In this document: positions 41,501 through 52,457 of the stretch, piece after piece
Position numbering within the stretch: the stretch's first letter is position 1
Layout: every line of letters starts with the position of its first letter
Made by a program: the position numbers and the translations under genes
NCBI GenBank assembly: GCA_964187785.1
Contig: OZ076409.1
Location: forward strand, 93,312,001-93,376,000
DNA: 64,000 nucleotides
Reading direction: 5' to 3'
Source of the DNA: Amphiscolops sp. MND2022
Lineage: Eukaryota
Notes under the pieces: model-generated
Told to the model about the DNA's origin: nothing
Seen by the model: only the letters and a program-made list of their open reading frames with translations
Database searches by the model: none

Positions 41501-43408
41501 ACAGAAGAAGAAATCCTATTGCAGAAGGAACAGGCTAGACAAAATGCGCGCGACGAGGAGACGTCCAAAATTAAACTAGCCATCAAAGAAACCGCCCCAA
41601 TCCCAATAAATAAAGCATCTTATACTTTTGGAGCAATAAAAGAAGACGCACGCATTAGAGTCGAACAAGACTCGAATTTGGTTTTCAAAGCAATCAAAAA
41701 GAAACTGATATGTGAAGAATACGACAAACACCTTCTACAGACCGATCCGACAGCCAAACGTCTCCTACTCCACGAGAACAGACTAATAGTGAAAGATGGA
41801 ATACTAATGCGCAAATACTACGGGGAATGTGGCCAAGTCACTCACCATCAAATTTTAATCCCTGAACACTTAATCACAGAACTCTTGAAAGCAATTCATG
41901 GACAAATGGGAAAGCACCCAGGAATCACAAAAATGATCCAAGAATGCCGATCAAAGTATTACTACCCCGGACTAGCAAAGAGGATCAGACAGTGGGTAAT
42001 GCAATGCGAAGACTGCATCAAATACAAACGAATCAACAACAGCCAAATCAGACCGAAAATGATCAACAATACGGAACACGTCCTTGGTCCGGAGGACATT
42101 CTTGAAATTGACATACTACCAAATTTGCCAAACTCTGCAGGATACCAGAACATCGTTACGATGATCGACGTATTTTCACGGTACCTATTTGCATATCCAA
42201 CGCAGAATGTCACAGCGAAAACAATCGGATGATGCATTGTCGACGTTATAACAAGACATGCATACTTGCCAACACTAATCCTATCAGACAAGGGCTCACA
42301 ATTCCGATCGGAAGTCGTCAGAGAAATAGCCCAAATACTCGAGATTCGAATCAGCCACGCGTCTACAAAACATGCACAAACAATCGGAATTTTGGAGAGA
42401 ACGCACGCTTCAATTAAAACTGCTCTAAAAATATCAACAGGCGAACGACGCTCAATGTGGCACAAATATGTCCAAATCGCAGTGATGAATTACAATACAA
42501 CATACCATGAAACTCTGGGCTGCGAACCATCTACAGTATTTCACGGACGTATACCTTACAACGTTCTTGATTTAAAACTAGGCATCAAGCCAAAGTGGAA
42601 AACCACCCCCCATTCGGATATAGCAGAACAACTCCAAAAACAAATTGACGAAGTGCGAGCGACGGCAAAGGACAACATCATGCTGTCCTACCTCAAATAC
42701 AATAAATATTACGACCGCAAAGCGTCTGCAGCTCCACTGAAGATCAACGATTATTGTTACATACTCAATCCGAAAGCCGACAACCAGTCGACGAAGTTTG
42801 CGTTCCAAGACTGCATATGGACTGGCCCGTACATAGTGATCAAAGTGCTTTCCAATAACAACTACACAATACGCAAACTCGGCACAAGATATACACAAAC
42901 ACTACACAGAATTCGCATACGACCTTACGTGCCAGAACAACGATTGCCTGACGTCACAGTACGAGCCGACAATTATCTTCCCGATCCAGATGTCAAAATT
43001 TCACACAATGAGTGGTACGCAGTCTCATGGGAAATGGATTTCGGGAAACAGATCGACGTGCATGAGTCGCGAGACAACGAAAGCAATCATCAACAACCAG
43101 TCACACAAGAGGTAGCGAACACTCAGGACGAAACGGCGACGCAACAAATACTGGACAAGGAACCTGAAATTACGGACGACAAAGCGCCGCCATCTCCGGA
43201 CTTTTCAAATCTCACTACAGACGTGGGGGATAATCCTTATATACGGCGCCCCCCACCCATTGAAAGTCCACCTATTCCCCCCAGTTCACCGCCTACAACT
43301 ATTGGATATAATCCGAGAAAAATAGCAAAATACAACTTACGACCTAACCCTAAACCTAACACGAATCCTGACTTCAGACGACTTGACGCTCTGACTACGA
43401 CTATGTAA
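38471..43408 (+). CDS. pol: Pol polyprotein (protease, RT, RNase H, integrase) with one in-frame TGA at 42230-42232
   Basis: Protease LVDSGA, RT YVDD, RNase H TDAS, HHCC motif (HGQMGKH...CEDC) and integrase D-D-E (EIDIL, SDKG, LERTH). ORFs 38960-42232 and 42266-43408 are in the same frame. Confidence 0.95.
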
Positions 43409-43649
43409 AAGGAAAAGAATCATCTAGAGTCCAGATCGAACCGACCTGACAACTTCAATTGAAGGCATACTACGGTCTTCAATTTTTTTTCTCTTCTTTT
43501 CTCAATGACTATATACTACAGTCATTCAATATTTTTTTACGAGATTATCAAAATGAAATCAACAGCCCGCTTGAGCAGGTAACAAACAAAAGAAATATAC
43601 AAACTACGGACATCAAACTAACAAAGTTCAAAATAACAACAAAGGTTCA

Positions 43650-46600
43650 TCATTTCTTGGAACTAGTGGCGCTACTCGACTGTTTCTTTGATGTTTTCTT
43701 TGCACTCTTTGATGACGATACACTACTACCACCATCCTTGGACGACTCTGCACGGGGACGCTTAGAAGACGTTTTCGAAGGAGAACTCATAGAGGGAGCT
43801 GAGACCCCACCTGCTCCACGACCACAAGACGATGACGAGAACACATTGACATCAACAGCACCACGATGCACGCGCTGATTGGCTGCCCGGAATCGCTGAT
43901 ATGATTCCTCTTTCCGACGATCAATGTGCGCCTTGAACAATTCACTGTAACGTTGGATGAACTCAGCACGGTCACCCACACACAAACGATTCCACGGATC
44001 AAAATTGGAAGAGGACATGAACTCTCGAGTCCCAGAAATAGCATCACGCACACAATCCATAGTGTGTTGACTAAAGAAAACACCCAATTTAAAATCCGGG
44101 TTTCGCACGTAACTCTGCACACCTCGGAGACAAGATGAAATAATGGAGGCAGGTACAGAACAGTCTTTCAAGGAGATATTCACCTCAGGATAATCCATCG
44201 CAGGACGCCGCATGACCAAACAACACAACTTCAGGATCTTACACAAGTCCTTTCGAGCCAGGAAACTATAATCAGCCAGGAAGTAGCTCATCACATCCAC
44301 AATAGACTCAGCACTCCTCTCAGATTCAGCATGACGACGTCGAGCGTCCACAACGAAGGTCACGAATTCCTCAGATCCAGATTTAGCCTCCTCACTACTC
44401 AAAGCACCACTACGTTCCAGCACTCGCACTAACTTGCTGAACAGGCGGAAGATGTAACGGTCATCCCCCTCTAATAGAAGCTCTGGACAGAATGAATAAG
44501 CACCTTGCAGGAAATCAGATGACACAAGATTTGATTCCAAAAGTACGTCCACTAAACGGTCCATGAATTCTCGACAACGATTTCGAAACTCCTGCATCTC
44601 GCCAGTCTTCCCTCGTTGCAACTCTTCCCCGAAATCGTGACTCAACAAAAAGTCGGCAGTGTCGATCTTCTTAAAAGCCTCGATCTTGGAGACATCCATA
44701 TAGGCTTCCCAGTCGTGAAGCTCAGGCAAACTAGAGATCTGACGTGTACGGGAAAGCAGGCAGTACACAAATTGGCATATCTCCATGTAACAATGGAAGC
44801 CATAGTCCTCACGACCAGACAACTGCTTCTTGAAGGTACAACGATCTAAACAACAAACCATCGCAATACCTACCTAACTATGGGAGATACGACAACAAGA
44901 CGACGTCCACTTACAGAGATCGAGCACGTGCACGAGAAGTCCGAGGCGCAATCGATTCGTATTATCGCAGTAGATTTGACTGTCAGTCCCCCGCATCTAA
45001 AACAGAACAACAGGAATTTACTAGTCTACTAACTAATCCCATTAACTACCCTACCCATACTTAAGAAGGACAACATTACACAAGTAAAAACCCGAACCAA
45101 CAATACTAACCATATCGGTTTCAACCTTGATATGTCGCGGTCCAGTATAGCGGATGAACTCCCTCACAGAGTTCCACACAGGGATCAACTCGGCAGCAAC
45201 ATCGCGCAGATCACAAAAGGCAACACGGCCAGCGACAACACAGCGACGGAGCACACGAGTATCTTCAAGCCAAGGCTCCTGCAGAGCCCCCTTCAGTCGC
45301 AGCATCAGGTAATCGACCATAGCAGTTACCTCCATCATGCCCAGCACCTCTTGATGAGCCTGTCGATAACAGCTGAGAAAAACCTCCTCAGTGAAATTGC
45401 GGCTCAAGATGAATTGGTGGCCATCCTCACGAGCATCACTCAACACTCGCAACAGAGACGGACTCGCACCCTCGATGGACAAGGGCAACCGACCGACAGG
45501 AACACTCCCAAGGATGCAGGACAAGGAGCTCAACTCAGCGAGGGGAACGCGTTGACCCGCCGTCTGGACGTCGACGCACACTTCCAGCAAGACATGTTTG
45601 TCCCATGTCCGCACAAGACACTGTTTTCCTCCTCCTCGGTCAAGAAACACAATGCTGTAGCTTTTGAAGTCATTGATCCGAGCGATCAACACACGTATCA
45701 CTCGAGGAAACAAACCTTGGCACAGCAATGACTGAAACACAATAACACTCCTTATATCAAGCCGTCACAAACTCGACCACCACAAGTATAACAAAAAATG
45801 ATGAGCAAGTGTGAACACCCAACACGTATCAATAACAAAGATAACGCAACTCACCAGGGACTCTCCACGGCTCCATGTTAAATTGTATAACGGAATATCT
45901 GTTCCAAGAGTAGCCCGGAAATGTCCCCACAATTTCCGCAACAGCAGGTAGTCGCCTCCACTGCGAAGAAGTTCGACCAGACAGTTTATCATAGTCATGT
46001 GTGGCACACTCGAATCTATCCGGGTGCAAGCAGGCAACAGATCTTCAGGAAAACTGAAGCCTTCAGGTCTCTCTTTGAATGGAAGGGCCAGGTAGTCCCG
46101 CGTCTGCGACTCGCTCAACTCCATAGGATCCAGCAGCTTGTTGTAAACCTGCAAGCCCTGATGCACACGATAAGTAACATCGAGCACCCAATGTTTATCG
46201 CTTGCGAAGTGCCGACTGATCTCACGAACACCTTTCGTCGCTATGGAGACGTCCCGCTCACAGATGGTACAAAAGAAAGCTGTCTCAACGCCAGAACTAG
46301 AGCCGCTCACAAACAACTCAAATACAGGGTGATCTTTAACCATACTGCGTCGTAGCCGAGTACGAAGACTTGGAGGACGATTGCGCTGCCTGGACGGACT
46401 AGCACTCTCAAGACTGGTCTCCACCCGCGTCACCAACTCTTCAAATTCTATAACAAAACGAAATTCTATAGACTAAGGAAAACAGCATCAGCGATACACC
46501 CACCCCAGATACATGACCACCCCCACACAAAGAAACGGACAACTAAAAAGAAAGAAGGAAAAATTACTAACTAGCAACGAAAGGCTCCACGGTTCGAGTC

Positions 46601-47606
46601 TCCAGCTCAGAAGCAACAGCCTCACCAAACAAAGCAGCTTGTTGCGTAGTATAAGCGGCAAGCCCCGCCTGAGAATCCTCACCTCCGCTGCTCTCGATCT
46701 GAAACGTCTGCGTCTGGGCAACAGAAGCCAGAGTGACGGTGCGCCGACGCTTCCCAGAAGACACAGCAGGTTTGGACGGAAAAACTGCAAAATACAAGGA
46801 ACAACCAGTCATGACAACTAAATAACGAAACTGCAGATACTTATCAAAACCACAGACCATCATAGCAAAATCAACAAACGCAAAAAAAAAGAAAAACCAG
46901 CAATTGAATGAAAACTCACCCTGAGCGGAAGGCCGGGAGAAGGTTTCAGCAAAATTCGGCAAATACCGCGAGAAACACGGAGACGTCTTAGCGGCAACGT
47001 CAGCTCCTTTTCCACGGACAATCTTCTGAGCTCCGGCTTTCTCGTTTTCAAGCGGGGGGCAGACGTCCTCACCTACGCGAGGAGAAATTGCACTAGGAAT
47101 GTTTGACCTAGCAAGAAACTGCGAGAGAGGCACATCTGAATCCTCCTGAGACAATGGGGGAGAAGCACCAGCCAACGGACCAATTGAAGCAGCAACTGCA
47201 CCAGAAGACTCAGCAGAAGGAACAGGCGGAACAGGGACGACAGCGGAAGCTTCAGGGACCACAACAGAGACTATGGGCGACGCAGAAACTCCAGTACCCG
47301 CAACAGAAACATTCACAGGAGGGACGGTCGACGCAGCAACGACAGAAGTCGTAACAGGAACTAAAAAGAACACACATTCCCAGCATCGACGCGTCAGAAA
47401 ATCTAAGCTGTGAAGATACAATCATGGAAAGGCCTAACCATGCAAACTATTATTCACGAAAGCTTAATGGATCAGGGAATGATGAACTCACCTTCTGCTG
47501 CTAGACCAACATTGTCAGCATCACTTGGATGTACGTCCCCCTCTGAAAACACATACTGAGTTTCGTTGCCACTCTGCGCGCCAAGGTCCACATGGGGAGA
47601 AGTCAT
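43650..47606 (-). CDS. Predicted 7-exon antisense cargo gene, ~1086 aa, zinc-finger protein with degenerate hAT-transposase-like motifs
   Basis: Exons 47606-47492, 47360-46920, 46784-46572, 46447-45855, 45731-45111, 44996-44915 and 44845-43650 total 3261 nt. Donors are GTGAGT/GTTAGT/GTAAGT and acceptors are pyrimidine-rich YAG. All phases are compatible and the spliced frame has no stop. Zinc finger FCTICERDVSIATKGVREISRHFASDKH. Confidence 0.8.
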
Positions 47607-47659
47607 TTTTTCCAAAGAAGCAATCTGAAAACAAACCCGAAGATGAAGACAACAACCAA

Positions 47660-48005
47660 AATCGATGTCATTATAACAGTGACAAAACTTAAAGTTGGCA
47701 AGCCACCAACGAAATTGACGCTGGCATAACGTCAGCACCAAAAAGTTGATTAAAAATCAGCGAAATTGACGTCGGCATAACGTCGACAAAAAGGTTATTG
47801 GGTTATTAATCCTATAACCTATAATGACGTCATCATAACGGTGACAAAACAAAAGTTAGTTAAGCTAACGAAAATGACGTCAGCATAACGTTGACAACCT
47901 TGGCTAAGCGGATTAATTTAATTTGCAGCCAATAAAAAGCGGCGCCGGAATAACGTCAACACCTGGGGATTGAAAAGGATTAAAATGATTGAATAGCCAA
48001 TCAGA
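47660..48005. promoter_or_regulatory. Putative internal bidirectional promoter with ~6 degenerate ~50-bp repeats and CCAAT boxes
   Basis: TGACG(T/C)-..-CATAACG(T/G) cores near 47664, 47716, 47767, 47825, 47875 and 47941. CCAAT at 47929 and 47997. The region lies between two divergent ORFs. Confidence 0.55.
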
Positions 48006-48117
48006 ATAGAGGGATTTATCCCAATATTCTCCTTAATCCTAATTAATCCTGAATTCATTGAGGAACAATCAAAAGATAAAAGTCAGCTGCAAAGGAAGAA
48101 AGAATCTTTTGAAGAAA

Positions 48118-48882
48118 ATGACCCATCTACTGGAAATATACGAGCTAATAGACATCTCGTCAGATAGTGAAGACGGAACAGAGGCGTCGGAGAGATCATC
48201 AACTCCCCTTCCCAGTGGGTCACTACCCAATATTAGAGTCATCCTAAATGCTTCAAATTCATCCGCCAGAGCAGTAGCTGACGAAGAAGAGTATTTCGAC
48301 GTCTCGGCGGACTCGTTAGAAGCGGACTGCAAGAGGATGCGGCTGAGTTCGTCATTCGAATCCCTAGAATCAGGAGAATTTAACAACGCTTCGCCGAAGT
48401 CCGAATACAGCTCAATGAAGGAGAGTCCAGACAGTCCGGATGAACAGGAAGAGGACGACAATAAATCGAACCCTGATGTGTTCGTGGTGGAAGGACATCG
48501 TGCACCAAGCCCACAATCGATCACGAGCTGCATTATCAACGAATATTTGGAGGAAATCCACAGGGAAGAAGACAATATTTCTCTTTTCGAGACTCCCTCA
48601 GGCCCACTGAAGAGAGTAATTCCACGTCCAATTAGCCCACTAAATGACTTGGAAAAGCAAACACCAATACGGTCAGCGACAACGAAACGTACTCCAGGAG
48701 ACGACAAAGAAAACAATCAATATCAGCCGTTCCAGTTTCGCCAACCCGGGAGAGTTATACGACACATGACAGTGGCCCTGTCACAGTCCGCTCCCGGACT
48801 GGATTGTGGATGTAGACGGATTGGGTTCGGACGAGGACACGGCTGTACAGCGAAACTTCCGAAAAGGTATTTTGGCTACTGA
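48118..48882 (+). CDS. Acidic, Ser-rich, probably disordered 254-aa accessory ORF ending inside the 3' LTR
   Basis: Intact ORF from the ATG at 48118. SIM-like LIDISSDSEDG near the N-terminus. The stop is 104 nt into the LTR. Confidence 0.6.
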   Translation: MTHLLEIYELIDISSDSEDGTEASERSSTPLPSGSLPNIRVILNASNSSARAVADEEEYFDVSADSLEADCKRMRLSSSFESLESGEFNNASPKSEYSSMKESPDSPDEQEEDDNKSNPDVFVVEGHRAPSPQSITSCIINEYLEEIHREEDNISLFETPSGPLKRVIPRPISPLNDLEKQTPIRSATTKRTPGDDKENNQYQPFQFRQPGRVIRHMTVALSQSAPGLDCGCRRIGFGRGHGCTAKLPKRYFGY

Positions 48883-51261
48883 CTTGAACTTTCATACTAA
48901 TGTTAGAATAAACTGTGACTAAAAGTACGTCTAGCTTGCGCAAAGTTTAAATGAAAATGAGAATAGAAACTAAAATGAGCCAAAATGATTTCACACACTT
49001 CCGGCAGGACGTTTTCATCTCGTCAAAATGGGAACATTCGCCACCTGAAAACTTAATTAAGTATGCGTCTTGAAATAAAGACCATAAACTGATCTAAACG
49101 AAAATATACCCAAAATCACCACTGGAAAAAGAACATTATCTGGATCTAAAATAGAAAGTACATTGAGATGACACACTGAAATATATACTCCTTTTCTAAG
49201 AAAGGCGGTTTAATTACACTTTGAACAGCAGTTAGTGCGGATTAGGACGTCGGCACTGCGCTAGGTAAACAAAATAAAGGATACATGTATATTAGACGTC
49301 GGTAAGAAACAGACTTGAAAGTATATAATGTGACGTCACCGTTTCGTCCGCGCTCACTAGAGAACCATTCCAATTTACCGCCTATATTAGTGACACTACT
49401 TAAAATCATTCCAATTTTCCGCCATAGTGACGTCACGGTATTGCCTTCTCGGCGCGGACTAATTCTACTTCAAATTTACGTCCGCGTTACGTCCAATATC
49501 GGCGGCCTATAGCCAATCTTAATACGTACGTCCACGTTACGTCCAAAATCCATCAAAATAGTCGGTTTAATCCATCTAATTCAGTGGAATGAATATTAAT
49601 ATGTCGGATTTGACGGAAGAGAAACGTTTAAAGATGTTTTAGAATTCTACGAGTTTAAGGATAAAACTTGATAATTTACGTCCTGTTCCCGGCAATGAAA
49701 ATACTAATCTTTTGGAATCACATTGTAAAATGACCCGATTAGGATTTCCATGTTCTTCATAATTAAAGTCACAGTTTATTCCAAAGGGGAATGCTATTAA
49801 TGTACATTTTATGCTGTTTGAAGTAGAACATAAATATGATTGTGTATAACCTGACGTCAATCTGACGTATCTGAAAGTTGTGGGCTATGAACCAGCAAAG
49901 ATTATATTTTAATAATGAGGTCATATTTTTATAATATTCATGTTCGTGTTTTTCCCTCAATATAACTGTGCTTGTTGTTGTTTTATACATCTCATTGTGA
50001 TCATTTTCATACCACTTTTGGCAACTGACTGTTTCACTTTTATTAGTTCGGTCCAACGACGTCAAGACGTCAAAGTTTAAATTCGAATACGAATGAATTC
50101 AATTATGAAATTCATACTCGTTAATACCTTTGATTTTAATACGTCATAGCTCCGTCCACCTTTTCAGCCAATTTTGTAGTAGCCAAAAGCTGTTGCCAAA
50201 TCATTCTAGTTTTCTAATGTAAATGTTGGTGTTACGTTAATTTGGTTTAATTACTATTTATCTGAATTGGGAATTCAACTCAAAAATTGAAGCTAATTCC
50301 ATAGCTTTGTCCTTATTTTTCCTAGCATCATTGGGAATTCCAAAGCTGAAAACATTAGTCATAGCATTTCCTTCAAGTAAAAATTCAAAATCAGATATTA
50401 GTTGTTCACGTCAGCGTCATCTTAGCGTCATTTTCCTACGAACCAAAGCAGTAAAACAGGGAATCATTTCCGGTTTGACAGACTGAAGTAATATCTACTT
50501 CCTGCTTGGGAGGAAAGCAAAGGACGCCGAGCTGAAATGATATGGTCGTGGTTGATGACTAATGCTAGATTGAAATTGTCGTGTCTCAAAAATTGACGAG
50601 TTATCGGCGTAAAATTGGGAACAAAATGATTTTTTCATCGAAAACACAGGAAATGACTAATTGTTCGAGGAAAATTAGGATTTTAATCGTGATCAAATGA
50701 TGCTAGGAGGGTATATATAGGATGGTTTTCATTGACTCAGGGACTCAGTCTTTTGCAATTGTTTAATTCAGTTGAAGTCTCAATTTCGCTAAACTCTAAT
50801 CTCAGCTAACTTTGTTGAAAATTATCTTTGGAAAAATCAATTCTTCAAGATAAAACTTTTCTTCAAAATGTCTACAACTAGAAGCCAGAAAAGAAGGAAT
50901 GAGCAACAAGGCGACAAGGACGTAAGTGAAGGTTTTATTTCACCAATAGTGGTAGAAAATCCGTGTTCTTCAAACCGGGACGATGAGGCAGCGGGGCCTT
51001 CTAAACCAAAATCCCCTCGGATTGAGAATAGTCTCTTAGAAAGTTTAAGAGCTTCCTTGAAAGAGGAAATAACATCAGAGATTAAGAATCTTCTTATCGA
51101 ATCTCAGAAGGAAATGTTGAAACTCTTGAAACCTGAAACATGAGGGATTATTAGAGAAAATACCGAAGAAGAGGTAGAAGAGGAAACTAGAAGTTTCTAC
51201 ACTCCTACAAAATCAGTGAGAATAAGTTCTACTCAAAACGACTCGATAGCATGTCGTAACA
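48779..51261 (+). repeat. 3' LTR, 2483 bp
   Basis: TGTCAC...GTAACA followed by TSD TTCGC. It contains the gag 5' segment with an AGA>TGA change at 51141. Confidence 0.97.
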
Positions 51262-51575
51262 TTCGCACTACCAGCAACACTATCATTCTTTGAAATATCG
51301 CTCATAGGACAGCACTGAGTATTCAAGTTAAGGTCATGATAGCTTGCTTGGTAGAGTGAACGATCAAGCGGCATTTTAGGTAATCTTATGAAGCGGCTGT
51401 TGGCGACATCGTTGTTTATTGCAATTCGAATCTATTAGTTTTGTCTTGAAACTCCTGGCAAAAGCTTGCAAGATCGTTTACAGTTTTAGAACTCTTGATG
51501 AGAATCTTCCCTAGATTTTTATTAAGCGTTTGATGAAAAATCAACAATATTATCATGAATTCCAAAAAATTTTCG

Positions 51576-52457
51576 GGCTCTTTTCTGTTCCCCCCCCCAC
51601 CACCAAAAAATTTTTTTGGAAAATTAGTGAAAATCTTATAACAAATAGACTTGGATACAAACAAGAAAGCTTCTGTTTTAAATTTATTCTAAGGGTGATA
51701 GTTTAGGATTCAGATACAAAATTTGTTCACACTTTTTCCCTATGTATTTACGCATTTTTGATGAAGAAATCAACAGCTTCCTGTTTTGAGTCATCAAATA
51801 AACACTTGATACGAACATAATCATAGTGAAAATGTGTGAACAATGTTTTGTTCAAGCGGAAAACTACTCTAATAGAAGTTAACTTCCTGTTATGAAAGAA
51901 GGTTTTACTTTTAATAAGGTTAGTCTAATGTTTTTAAGGAAAGTTATTTTCAAAAAATTTGGTGGCTCTTTTCTGTTCCCCCACACCACAAAAATTTTTC
52001 GAAGTAATTTTCCTTAAAAACTTTAGACTAACCTAATTAAAAGTGAAACCTTCTTTCATAATGGGAAGTTAACGTCCATTGGAATAGTGTTTTGCTTTAA
52101 CAAAACATTGTTCACGCTGTTTGACTATAATTGTGTTCGTATTAAGTGTTTAAGTGTTTATTGATGACTCTAGAGAGGAAGCTGTTGATTTCTTCATCAA
52201 AAATGCGTGACTACATATTGAAAAAGTGTGAACAAAATCTGTATCTGAATCCTAAACTGTCACATTAAAAATGAATGTAAATTTGAAGCTTTCTGGTTTG
52301 TATTCAAGTCTTTGGGTTATACGATTTTCACTAAGTTTCCAAAAAACATTTGGTGGTGGGGGGAACAGAAAAGAGCCAGTTAACGTTTATTAGAACAGTT
52401 TTTTTGCTTAAACAAAACATTGTTCACACATTTTGACTATGATGAGAGAAAAGAGCC
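51576..52457. mobile_element. Mutator-like foldback element, rearranged, with ~390-bp inverted arms
   Basis: GGCTCTTTTCT...AGAAAAGAGCC termini. Flanks AAATTTTCG (51567-51575) and AAATTTTCA (52458-52466) form an 8/9 TSD. Extra internal termini at 51964 and 52377. Confidence 0.7.

Larger units (their letters stand above)
34955..51261 (+). mobile_element. Full-length 16.3-kb Ty3/Gypsy LTR retrotransposon with 5.4-kb cargo region
   Basis: Two 2483-bp LTRs with TG...CA ends. TSD TTCGC at 34950-34954 and 51262-51266. Contains PBS, gag and PR-RT-RH-IN. Confidence 0.97.

Noticed and set aside
45132..45731. 199-aa plus-strand ORF in the cargo region
   Set aside because: It exactly overlaps exon 5 of the antisense gene and is most simply its shadow frame.
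48069..48716. 215-aa antisense ORF
   Set aside because: It shadows the sense ORF 48118-48882 and has a Ser/Leu-rich composition typical of the complementary strand.
43650..48882. env gene in the third-ORF position
   Set aside because: The main cargo is antisense and spliced. Neither product shows a signal peptide or transmembrane anchor once the intron-derived hydrophobic stretches are removed.
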